NCBI GenBank assembly: GCA_903937035.1
Contig: CAIZXS010000016.1
Location: 1-62,308, forward strand
Source of the DNA: an uncultured bacterium
GTDB lineage: Bacteria; Patescibacteriota; Minisyncoccia; Moranbacterales; UBA2206
Length of the DNA: 62,308 bases
Direction: 5' to 3'
Of this stretch, positions 1 to 7,524 are shown piece by piece. The position numbers were made by a program, and so were the translations under genes. The notes below the pieces were generated by a model, which was given only the letters and a program-made list of their open reading frames with translations, ran no database searches and was not told the DNA's origin. Every line of letters starts with the position of its first letter. Positions within the stretch are counted from its first letter, which is position 1.

Positions 1-117
1 ATCACATCTGCCATGCGGTGGCGCCCAATGGTCCAACATTAACTCTCGCGAATCTTTCAAAAGAAGAAATTTTTTGTCGTGCCTTATTAGCACAACTACC
101 CCATGATTTTTTATCAT
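1..117 (-). CDS. Partial CDS (first 39 aa, continues beyond the window start), NUDIX-hydrolase-like N-terminus; third cassette ORF
   Basis: ATG at 117 on the minus strand, open to position 1: MIKNHGVVVLIRHDKKFLLLKDSRELMLDHWAPPHGRCD. The pattern resembles the beta-strand/W-x-PGG lead-in of Nudix folds. It starts 18 nt after the GTTATCG box. It is absent from the ORF track because it is truncated. Confidence 0.4.
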   Translation of the reverse strand, partial: MIKNHGVVVLIRHDKKFLLLKDSRELMLDHWAPPHGRCD

Positions 118-135
118 ATTGTAAAATTTTATTTC

Positions 136-220
136 CGATAACGTTCGCGGATATGAGAAGTTGCGTAGCAATTTGGGTTGAGGCTCTGCAAGAGCCGAAC
201 CTCATATCCGCTGTTAGGCG
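136..220 (-). repeat. attC-like structured repeat, copy 2
   Basis: Minus strand: CGCCTAAC-A-GCGGATATGAG...ACCCAAATTGCTACGCAACTT-CTCATATCCGC-GAAC-GTTATCG. It has an 11-bp perfect stem (147-157/201-211), an internal GGCTCT-GCAA-GAGCC hairpin, and a core shared with copy 1. Confidence 0.65.
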
Positions 221-281
221 AGGGTGAGCGACCAAAGGGAGCGAAAGTGCAACGTCCCCTTGAGTCAAAAAAGACCGCCAG

Positions 282-707
282 TTATTTCGTAACTGTATCA
301 ATCTTTTCAACTGGAAGCCAATCATCCATATTTCCATAATTGCTTTTGTCTATTGCAAAAGATTTTACTTCTTCAGTTTTCTTCAATTCAATTAAAACTA
401 TATACCTTTTTCCAGCCCATTTTTTAAACTGGTTTTCAGATAAATTAAGTTTATCTTGATGCTTTTTTACCAAAGCAACTGATTCTTCTGTAGACATTTT
501 ATCTGAATTAAAAACACTATCGACAATAGATTTAGCTTTAACAGTACCTTCCGCATTATTATTGATAAAGAATAAAATATCGCCTTTATTAACTCTTCCA
601 TAAGGTAATTTTCTTCCAGTTGCACCACGAATAATCATGGTTTTACTTCCATCTAATAGTTTTTCTAGTTCATTTGCTTTTGCATCAAGATAAACTACAT
701 GATCCAT
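282..707 (-). CDS. ASCH/PUA-like domain protein (cassette ORF 2)
   Basis: ORF track 282..761. I prefer the internal ATG at 707 (MDHVVYLD...), which is preceded by AAAGGAGAAAACAAA. The size (141 aa) and the G-x-K-T-x-I-I-R pattern are typical of ASCH domains. Confidence 0.6.
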   Translation of the reverse strand: MDHVVYLDAKANELEKLLDGSKTMIIRGATGRKLPYGRVNKGDILFFINNNAEGTVKAKSIVDSVFNSDKMSTEESVALVKKHQDKLNLSENQFKKWAGKRYIVLIELKKTEEVKSFAIDKSNYGNMDDWLPVEKIDTVTK

Positions 708-780
708 TTTGTTTTCTCCTTTCATAGTTTTAATTGTTAATAATAAAAAAATCTTTTGCAATTAAGGTCTTTTTTGATTT

Positions 781-860
781 CGCCTAACGTATCGGCATTA
801 TCTGAAGTTGCATAGCAATTTGGGTGTAGCGTAGCGAAACCAGATATGCCGTGTTGTGCG
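781..860 (-). repeat. attC-like structured repeat, copy 1
   Basis: Minus strand: CGCACAAC-A-CGGCATATCTG...ACCCAAATTGCTATGCAACTT-CAGATAATGCCG-ATAC-GTTAGGCG. The stem 793-804/841-851 has one unpaired T. It starts 20 nt after the stop of ORF 881..1255. Confidence 0.65.
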
Positions 861-880
861 ATGTTACAAATTCAAAAAAA

Positions 881-1255
881 TTACTTACAATCTTCTTTGC
901 AACTACACTTATCTTCAAATTTTGAATTACACACGCCATCGCCACACGCCAAGCATGTCATACCAGGTTCTACTCCAAAACTATCCTTTGGAATTATAGC
1001 ATTACAATTTTCATCATGTGGTTGTGGTGACATTTTCTTAACTAATCCTGGGCAACATTGAAAAGAATCCTTGTCTATCGTGTCAACATACTTTCCTTCG
1101 CTAATACAGTCGATGGTTGGTTGCAAAGAAGATTGCTTATTGACTAAAAAATCATTATTTTGAACTGGCTTATTTTTACTAGCAAAGAACACAAAGACTA
1201 CTATTGATAAAATAATAACCGAAAGAAAGGCAATAATGATTTTTTTATTCATCAT
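881..1255 (-). CDS. Small membrane-anchored/secreted cysteine-rich protein (cassette ORF 1)
   Basis: ORF track 881..1357. The likely start is MMNKKIIIAFLSVIILSIVVFVFF (signal/anchor) at 1255. The C-terminal half carries 10 Cys (CCPG, CLACGDGVC, CSCKEDC). Confidence 0.6.
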   Translation of the reverse strand: MMNKKIIIAFLSVIILSIVVFVFFASKNKPVQNNDFLVNKQSSLQPTIDCISEGKYVDTIDKDSFQCCPGLVKKMSPQPHDENCNAIIPKDSFGVEPGMTCLACGDGVCNSKFEDKCSCKEDCK

Positions 1256-1281
1256 AAATAATTTTTTTGAATTTGTAATTT

Positions 1282-1345
1282 CGCACAACTCGTTCATATC
1301 CGAAGTGTTTTCGGATATTGTACATAATATTGCTAAATTTGTGAA
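1282..1345 (-). promoter_or_regulatory. attI-like site plus outward (cassette-directed) sigma70-like promoter
   Basis: Minus strand: TTCACA (1345-1340), 17 nt, TACAAT (1322-1317). This is followed by a perfect 9-bp hairpin ATATCCGAA/TTCGGATAT (1296-1318), then GAACGA-GTTGTGCG (1289-1282). The CGGATAT/ATATCCG arms resemble the stem of repeat copy 2. Confidence 0.4.
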
Positions 1346-1387
1346 TATTATGTACACTTTATTTATGCTTAAATTATAGCAAAAAAG

Positions 1388-2206
1388 GTGATGGACGTCT
1401 ATTTGAAAAAATTAGAAGACGAACTTAGATTGAGGAGATATAGCCCAAAAACTATTGATTCTTATCGTACATGTGTCGCTAGCTATCTAAAGACTAAGCA
1501 AAAGGATTTTGAAATTGTTGATGTTGATTCTATAAAACAATACATATTGTCGAAAATAGATGATGGTAAGTCATCTCAGACGACCAATCAGCACTTGCAA
1601 GCAATTAACTTTTTCTGCTGGAATGTTTTGAAGTTTCGGGGAAAAATCGATATTCGCTTTGCCAAGACCCCCAGTAAATTACCGATTGTATTGTCGCGAG
1701 ATGAAATTGGAGAAATATTATCAGTAATTGCCAACGAAAAACATAATTTGATGATAGCGTTGGCGTATTCTGGGGGATTGCGGGTTAGTGAAGTCATCAA
1801 CCTGAAAGTTAAGGACATCTGTTTGTCCGAGTTAGTCGTACATATCAAGGACGCAAAGGGAGGCAAGGATCGGATAACGCTTTTACCGGAAAAGCTAATT
1901 ATTAATATTGAAAAAATAATTGTAGGCAAAAATCTTAACGAGTATGTTTTTGCCAGTGAGCGTGGGGGGCGATTAACCGAAAGAACCGCCCAAAAAGTTT
2001 TTGAAAACGCTCTAGAAAAGGCGGGGATTAAAAAAGAAGCTACGTTTCATTCTTTGCGGCATAGTTTTGCTACACATCTCTTGGAAAATGGTGTCGATGT
2101 GCGATACGTGCAAGAACTGCTAGGGCATGCTAATATTAGAACGACTCAGATTTACACTAAAGTGACAAATCCCGCATTAAGAAAGATTAAAAGCCCATTA
2201 GAATAG
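1388..2206 (+). CDS. Tyrosine site-specific recombinase (Xer/IntI-like, short form)
   Basis: SAM-like N-terminal domain (YSPKTIDSYR). Catalytic motifs LRVSE (Arg), HSLRHSFATHLL (H-x-x-R), LGHANIRTTQIYTKV (His, Tyr). GTG at 1388 or ATG at 1391. Confidence 0.9.
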   Translation: MMDVYLKKLEDELRLRRYSPKTIDSYRTCVASYLKTKQKDFEIVDVDSIKQYILSKIDDGKSSQTTNQHLQAINFFCWNVLKFRGKIDIRFAKTPSKLPIVLSRDEIGEILSVIANEKHNLMIALAYSGGLRVSEVINLKVKDICLSELVVHIKDAKGGKDRITLLPEKLIINIEKIIVGKNLNEYVFASERGGRLTERTAQKVFENALEKAGIKKEATFHSLRHSFATHLLENGVDVRYVQELLGHANIRTTQIYTKVTNPALRKIKSPLE

Positions 2207-2215
2207 CCTAATTTT

Positions 2216-4000
2216 ATGAAAAACATTAGAAATTTCTGCATAATCGCCCATATTGACCATGGAAAGTCCACTTTGGCGGACCGAATGTTAGAAATAACAA
2301 AAACTGTTGAAGCGCGCAAGATGAAAGAGCAGTTGCTCGATCAGATGGATTTGGAGCGCGAACGGGGGATTACGATCAAGATGCAACCGGTGCGAATGGA
2401 ATATGCTGGGCATATTTTGAATTTGATTGACACTCCAGGGCATGTTGACTTTGGTTATGAGGTTTCGCGTTCACTTGCGGCTGTTGAGGGGGCGGTGGTT
2501 TTGGTTGATGCTACGAAGGGCGTGCAAGCGCAAACACTGGCTAATCTCTATCAGGCGATTGAGCATAACTTGGAAATCATTCCCGTGGCCAATAAGATTG
2601 ACTTGCCAAACGCTGATGTGGAAAAAACTAAGGCTGAGATTATGCATATTATTGGTTGCAAGAAAGAAGATATTTTGGAGGTATCGGGTAAGACTGGCGA
2701 GGGCGTGGACAAATTGCTGCAGCGAATCGTGGAAGTTGTGCCTGCGCCGAGTGGCGATGAAAATAAGCCATTGCGCGCACTTGTTTTTGATTCTAAATAT
2801 GATATTTATAAGGGAGTTTTGGCTTATGTTCGCGTAATTGATGGCGGAATTTCAGCCGAAGAAGAAATTTTAATGCTGGCAACTGGCGCCAAAAGTGATG
2901 TGATTGAAGTCGGTTATTTCAAGCCAGATTTTCAAAAAACTCCAAAAATAAAGGTGGGCGAAATTGGCTATATCGCAACTGGTTTCAAAAGTGTGGAATA
3001 CTGCAAAGTGGGGGATACAGTCACCATTTCCAAATTTGAAAAACAAATTGAAAAATTGCCTGGTTATCGTGAAGTTAGTCCGATGGTCTATGCTTCTTTC
3101 TATCCGACATCTGGTGATGATTATAATTTAATGCGCGATGCCCTTTCTAAATTGAAGTTGAACGACGCTGCTTTTGTTTTTGAGCCAGAGAGTAATTTGG
3201 CCCTTGGTCGTGGTTTTCGTTGCGGGTTTTTGGGACTGCTTCATCTGGAAATTATCCAGGCTCGCTTGGAAGCAGAATTTGAACTGAGCCCAACCATCAC
3301 CACACCTGGCGTTGTCTATGAAATTCAGCTGACTGGCAAAAATGAAGAAGATCGCTTGAAAGTCTATTCACCGTCAGAATTACCTGACCCATCCGCAATT
3401 GAGGCAATCTTTGAGCCCTACGTTAACTTGGAGATTATTTCTCCATCAAATTATTTGGGAGCAATTATGGAAATGATGCAAAATACACGAGCTGAATATC
3501 TTGATACAGAATATCTCAATAGTGAACGGATGATTTTGAAGTTTAACTGTCCCTTAACGGATGTAATCACTAATCTGCACGATGATCTCAAGAGCGCTTC
3601 CTCTGGTTATGCTTCAATGAACTATGAACTTTCTAACTACCGGGCCAATGATTTGGTTAAATTGGATATCATAATCGCCGAAGAACGAGTAGAAGCGTTT
3701 TCACGGATTGTTCCTAAAATTTGGGCTCATAGTGAAGGCAAGCGGATTGTCGAAAAACTGAAGGATTCTATTCCGAGACAAAATTTTCAAATTGCTATCC
3801 AAGCTGCGATTGGTGGAAAGGTGCTGGCACGCGAAACTGTGAAAGCTTTTCGCAAAGATGTGATCAGTGGGCTTTATGGGGGAGATATTACGCGCAAAAG
3901 AAAGCTTTTGGAAAAGCAGAAAAAAGGCAAAAAGAAGATGAAAAACATCGGCAAAGTAACCATCCCTTCTGAAGCTTTTCTGGCTGTATTGAAGAAATAA
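2216..4000 (+). CDS. lepA: Translation elongation factor 4 (LepA)
   Basis: NFCIIAHIDHGKSTLADR, DTPGHVDF, NKIDL, and the characteristic LepA C-terminal domain; 594 aa. Confidence 0.95.
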   Translation: MKNIRNFCIIAHIDHGKSTLADRMLEITKTVEARKMKEQLLDQMDLERERGITIKMQPVRMEYAGHILNLIDTPGHVDFGYEVSRSLAAVEGAVVLVDATKGVQAQTLANLYQAIEHNLEIIPVANKIDLPNADVEKTKAEIMHIIGCKKEDILEVSGKTGEGVDKLLQRIVEVVPAPSGDENKPLRALVFDSKYDIYKGVLAYVRVIDGGISAEEEILMLATGAKSDVIEVGYFKPDFQKTPKIKVGEIGYIATGFKSVEYCKVGDTVTISKFEKQIEKLPGYREVSPMVYASFYPTSGDDYNLMRDALSKLKLNDAAFVFEPESNLALGRGFRCGFLGLLHLEIIQARLEAEFELSPTITTPGVVYEIQLTGKNEEDRLKVYSPSELPDPSAIEAIFEPYVNLEIISPSNYLGAIMEMMQNTRAEYLDTEYLNSERMILKFNCPLTDVITNLHDDLKSASSGYASMNYELSNYRANDLVKLDIIIAEERVEAFSRIVPKIWAHSEGKRIVEKLKDSIPRQNFQIAIQAAIGGKVLARETVKAFRKDVISGLYGGDITRKRKLLEKQKKGKKKMKNIGKVTIPSEAFLAVLKK

Positions 4001-4033
4001 ATTAATTTCAGGACTTACGCGTTTGCCAAGAAC

Positions 4034-4070
4034 AAGCTTTTCTATAGCCAGGGTTGATCCGGAAAAGCTT
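4034..4070 (+). terminator. Hairpin downstream of lepA (possible terminator)
   Basis: AAGCTTTTC (4034-4042) pairs with GAAAAGCTT (4062-4070) around a 19-nt loop. A T-rich stretch follows a few nt later. The long loop weakens the call. Confidence 0.3.
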
Positions 4071-4197
4071 TGGTGGTTTTAGGGGTTAAAATAAACAAAA
4101 AACAAACCTTAAATAACCATGCGCTCTAAAGATTGTTTTTGGTGAATGTGTAAGTTGTAGATTTGTATTCTATTTAATAATTTGGTATCATATCAAT

Positions 4198-4317
4198 ATG
4201 AGTTTCAAAAAACGAAATAAGAAAATATACAAAATTTGGGTGGTCATCTCCATTTTAGCTGTTCTTTCGATGGTTGCCTTTACAATTGCGCCTGCGATTT
4301 CAATGTTGGGTAATTAA
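4198..4317 (+). CDS. Possible 39-aa single-pass membrane peptide
   Basis: ATG at 4198 gives MSFKKRNKKIYKIWVVISILAVLSMVAFTIAPAISMLGN: a basic N-terminus followed by one hydrophobic helix. It is below the ORF-track size cutoff. TGGTATCAT (extended -10-like) ends about 7 nt before the ATG. Confidence 0.3.
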   Translation: MSFKKRNKKIYKIWVVISILAVLSMVAFTIAPAISMLGN

Positions 4318-4327
4318 TTTCCCTTAT

Positions 4328-4729
4328 ATGCGAAACGATAGCGACAAAGGAAATTCGTGGCTGATTCGGATTATAGTTTTACTCGGCTGCGTGGCTGTGG
4401 TATTTATTTTTTTGGCAATTTCTAAGGAAACTTATCGAAAAAAACAAGTTCAGGATGAAATTACAAAACTAGAAGTTGAAGCCCGGAGGATTCAGGGAGA
4501 TAATATGCATCTAGCAGATAAGATTAGTTATCTTGAAGGGCGAGATTATCAAGAAAAAGAAATAAGGGATAAGTTAAATTTGCAAGATCCTAAGGAGAAT
4601 GTTGTGATTATTGATTCAGGCTTAACTCCAAAAATAGCTGACGCGGAAGCAGTCACTGTTCCAACTCAGGAAGTGTTGGTCAAGGCGTCAAACCCGCAAA
4701 AGTGGTGGAACTATTTTTTTAAGTACTAA
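4328..4729 (+). CDS. Septum formation initiator family protein (FtsB/DivIC-like)
   Basis: One TM helix followed by a coiled coil (EITKLEVEARRIQGDNMHLADKISYLE...YQEKEIRDKLNL). ATG at 4328 is preferred over the track start at 4274. Confidence 0.7.
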   Translation: MRNDSDKGNSWLIRIIVLLGCVAVVFIFLAISKETYRKKQVQDEITKLEVEARRIQGDNMHLADKISYLEGRDYQEKEIRDKLNLQDPKENVVIIDSGLTPKIADAEAVTVPTQEVLVKASNPQKWWNYFFKY

Positions 4730-4750
4730 GTCACTTTATTAAAATAATTT

Positions 4751-5800
4751 ATGTCAAAAGCAGCAATCGAAAAGAAAATTAAACCACTAACAATCGCTAT
4801 CGGGTTGGTGATTTTTTTCGTTGCCTATTTGCTATTCATCGCAATTTTGATTTATGGCTTTAATGTCTCCAATAAATTGACACGAAAAACTGCCCGTATC
4901 ATTCCCTATCCAGCAGCTAGCTGGGGAACTACCTACATAACCGAGGATAAATTGAAAAGCCAGCTTGATTCAGCTAGAATGTTTTATGAAAATCAGGATT
5001 TTTCTGATCTCGGTATGCGCGTGGATTTTGCGACAGAAGATGGGAAAAAGAGATTGAAAATTAAAGAAAAAAATGTACTCAATAAATTAATCGAAAATCA
5101 ACTAATCGAAAATGAGGCGAAAAAACGCGGTATCGTTATAAACCCTGAAGATATCTCTCAAGCCGTTTCTCGAAAGATGCAAGAATATGGAAGTGAAGAA
5201 TATCTTAGAAATAATTTAACGCGCCTATATGGTTGGACAATTGCGGATTTTGAGGAGAATATTGTTAAGCCGGATATGTATAAGGAAAAGTTATTTGCCG
5301 ATATTCAGGAAAATGATAAAACGCGGACTGAAGCTAAAAAGAAAATCAATCTAGCCTTGGAAGAATTGAACGCTAAAAAAGACTTCTCTGCTGTTGCTGA
5401 AAAATACTCTGAAGGTGAAAGCGCAAAAAGCAAGGGAGAATTAGGTTGGTTTGGCAAATCGGAAATGTTACCAGAAATTGCTGTGACCATATTTAATTTG
5501 AAAAAAGGTGAGAGAAGCAAGGTAATTGAAAGTTCACTCGGATTTCATATTATTTTAGTAGAGGATAAGAAGACTGAGGATGGTGCGGATAAGGCTCAGC
5601 TGAAGCAAGTATTTGTCAGAGCAAACAATTTCGCAGATTGGTTGGACATGCATGTTAAAAGTTTCGATATTAATATTTTTTCAAAAGATATGTATTGGAA
5701 TAAGACTGACGGACAGGTTGATTTTGAAAATACAGATTTGAAAAATTTTGAAAACAATCTCGAAACAAATTCTCCTGGTGATATTTCTGTTTTATTTTAG
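4751..5800 (+). CDS. Membrane-anchored parvulin-type peptidyl-prolyl isomerase (PrsA/SurA-like)
   Basis: N-terminal TM helix. PpiC rotamase signature: GELGWFGKSEMLPEIA...GFHIILVEDKK. Confidence 0.8.
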   Translation: MSKAAIEKKIKPLTIAIGLVIFFVAYLLFIAILIYGFNVSNKLTRKTARIIPYPAASWGTTYITEDKLKSQLDSARMFYENQDFSDLGMRVDFATEDGKKRLKIKEKNVLNKLIENQLIENEAKKRGIVINPEDISQAVSRKMQEYGSEEYLRNNLTRLYGWTIADFEENIVKPDMYKEKLFADIQENDKTRTEAKKKINLALEELNAKKDFSAVAEKYSEGESAKSKGELGWFGKSEMLPEIAVTIFNLKKGERSKVIESSLGFHIILVEDKKTEDGADKAQLKQVFVRANNFADWLDMHVKSFDINIFSKDMYWNKTDGQVDFENTDLKNFENNLETNSPGDISVLF

Positions 5801-5870
5801 TTAATTAATTTTAAAATAATTCCAGGGTAAGCTTAAAAATAGTTAAAAGCAACTCTTGGAAAATAATAGT

Positions 5871-6050
5871 ATGGCGAAAGCAATAGTTAATGAAGATCTT
5901 TGCATCGGTTGTGGAACATGCGAATCTCTTTGTCAAGGCGTCTTTAAGATTGAAGACGGAAAATCAAAGGTTATTTCTGATGATTGTGGAGATTGTGATT
6001 GTCAGAGCGTAGTTGATAGCTGTCCAGTAAGTGCGATTTCAATCGAGTAG
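5871..6050 (+). CDS. Small 4Fe-4S ferredoxin
   Basis: CIGCGTCESLC plus the distal CP motif (DSCPVSAI). ATG at 5871; the track start at 5856 is TTG. Confidence 0.8.
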   Translation: MAKAIVNEDLCIGCGTCESLCQGVFKIEDGKSKVISDDCGDCDCQSVVDSCPVSAISIE

Positions 6051-6073
6051 TTATTTCTGATGGAAACTTTTTT

Positions 6074-6106
6074 CTGTTCTTTTTTAACTGCTTTAAAAAA
6101 GAACAG
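6074..6106 (+). terminator. Stem-loop after the ferredoxin gene
   Basis: Perfect 13-bp stem CTGTTCTTTTTTA/TAAAAAAGAACAG with a 7-nt loop. The U-run lies within the stem rather than after it. Confidence 0.45.
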
Positions 6107-6184
6107 GCGGAATAAATTCAAAAAAATGATCTAATACATTTTGATTTAGTGCAAAATATAGCACTTAATTGAAATAAAAAATAT

Positions 6185-7519
6185 ATGGATAATTTAGATA
6201 TTACCCCTGGTGTGCCACAAGGGGAGAATGAAGTGGCGATAAAAAAAAGAAATCACAAGCATTCTATTTTATTTTTTGTCTCAATGATGGTCATGGCTAT
6301 TCTTGCTTCTTCTCTTTTTGGAGCGTTTTTTGGATTTGTAGCGGGCGGATTCGGTCAAAAAATATTTACACAGATCTCCGGGCGATTTCCGGAGATCTTT
6401 AAGTTGGACAATGGTCAATCGCCAACAATTAAGCTTGATCCGATTGTCTCTCGAGAAAAGATTGTCGAAGAGGATTCTGCGGTTATCGATGTGGTGGAAA
6501 AAAGCACGCCCGCCGTGGTTAGTATTATTATTAGTAAAGACATGCCAAGAATACAAAGCTTCAGTCCCTTCGATTTTTTCAATAATCCGGACTTTTTCAG
6601 CAATTCCCCCGATCAGAATAACCAGCAGGATAACTCTGGAGGTGATAGCAAGAAAGAGAAGATTGGCGCGGGAACTGGTTTTATTATAACAGCCGATGGG
6701 ATGATTGTGACAAATAAGCACGTTGTCTCTGACGCCGCAGCTGAGTATACAGTGCTAACGAATGATGGCAAGGAGCACGTTGCTAAGGTTTTGGCGCGTG
6801 ATCCAATAAATGACATCGCTGTCATAAAAATAGATGGAGCGGATTATCCAACGCTAAATTTTGGTGATTCTGACGGATTAAAAATTGGTCAAACAGCCAT
6901 TGCCATCGGCAATTCACTTGGTGAATTTTCCAATACCGTTAGCAAGGGAATTATATCGGGATTAGGGAGAAACTTGACCGCAGGAGGACGGATGGGCGAC
7001 AGCGAAAAATTGACAAATATCATCCAAACTGACGCGGCAATTAATCCTGGAAACTCTGGTGGTCCGCTCTTGGATATTCATGGGAAGGTGATTGGAATAA
7101 ACGTAGCAATCGCTCAAGGGGCGCAAAATGTTGGTTTTGCAATTCCCGCTACTCAAGTAAGAAGAATTACAGAGCAAGTCAAGACGACTGGCAAGATTTC
7201 TATGCCTTACCTAGGTGTCCGCTATATCCCGGTTGATAAGGATTTGCAAAAGCAAATTAACTTACAGTTTAACTATGGAGTGATGATTCTGCGTGGACAG
7301 TCAGTTCGAGATTTCGCAGTTATTCCCGGCTCGCCGGCGGATAAGGCAGGGCTTGTGGAAAATGATGTGATTTTGGAATTGAACGGAACGAAGATTGATG
7401 AGAAAAATACTCTTGTAGATCTTTTGACTAAATTTAACGTTGGCGATGAGATAATCTTGAAAGTTTGGCACAAAGGCGAGACAAAAGAAGTTAAGCTTAA
7501 ATTGGAGGAAAGGAGTTAA
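6185..7519 (+). CDS. htrA: HtrA/DegP-family serine protease with C-terminal PDZ domain
   Basis: The catalytic triad contexts are intact: [29 protein letters not shown]: [10 protein letters not shown]-terminal TM anchor. Confidence 0.9.
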   Translation: MDNLDITPGVPQGENEVAIKKRNHKHSILFFVSMMVMAILASSLFGAFFGFVAGGFGQKIFTQISGRFPEIFKLDNGQSPTIKLDPIVSREKIVEEDSAVIDVVEKSTPAVVSIIISKDMPRIQSFSPFDFFNNPDFFSNSPDQNNQQDNSGGDSKKEKIGAGTGFIITADGMIVTNKHVVSDAAAEYTVLTNDGKEHVAKVLARDPINDIAVIKIDGADYPTLNFGDSDGLKIGQTAIAIGNSLGEFSNTVSKGIISGLGRNLTAGGRMGDSEKLTNIIQTDAAINPGNSGGPLLDIHGKVIGINVAIAQGAQNVGFAIPATQVRRITEQVKTTGKISMPYLGVRYIPVDKDLQKQINLQFNYGVMILRGQSVRDFAVIPGSPADKAGLVENDVILELNGTKIDEKNTLVDLLTKFNVGDEIILKVWHKGETKEVKLKLEERS

Positions 7520-7524
7520 TACCT

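Larger units (their letters stand above)
1..2206. mobile_element. Integron-like platform: tyrosine recombinase (+) with an upstream, divergently oriented array of at least 3 co-oriented (-) cassette-like ORFs separated by attC-like structured repeats
   Basis: Two homologous imperfect palindromes (136-220, 781-860) sit just 3' of the minus-strand ORFs. The 8-nt boundary boxes are cyclically permuted as in integron cassettes. A related hairpin plus GTT box lies next to the recombinase gene. Confidence 0.6.

Noticed and set aside
2-337. Track ORFs 2..337 (-) and 18..227 (+) as protein-coding genes
   Set aside because: Both read straight through the structured repeat at 136-220, and 2..337 overlaps the 3' end of the ASCH gene. 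The short in-frame ORF 1..117 (-), with a NUDIX-like sequence, explains the coding signal better.
136-860. The conserved repeats as self-cleaving ribozymes (hammerhead-like three-way junction) or group II intron fragments
   Set aside because: The hammerhead core CUGAUGA...GAAA is not present. Copy 1 has only CUGAAGU, copy 2 lacks even that, and there is no domain-V-like group II motif. The boundary-box permutation fits a DNA recombination site better.
846-1061. Track ORF 846..1061 (+)
   Set aside because: It is antisense to the better-supported Cys-rich ORF and starts inside repeat copy 1. It has no protein-like features.
2427-2837. The many 60-215 aa track ORFs nested in or antisense to large genes (for example 2427..2837, 6281..6721, 7965..8474, 31448..32095, 36743..37120, 37266..37703)
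   Set aside because: They overlap strongly supported conserved CDS, have biased low-complexity composition and carry no recognisable motifs. They are typical shadow ORFs.
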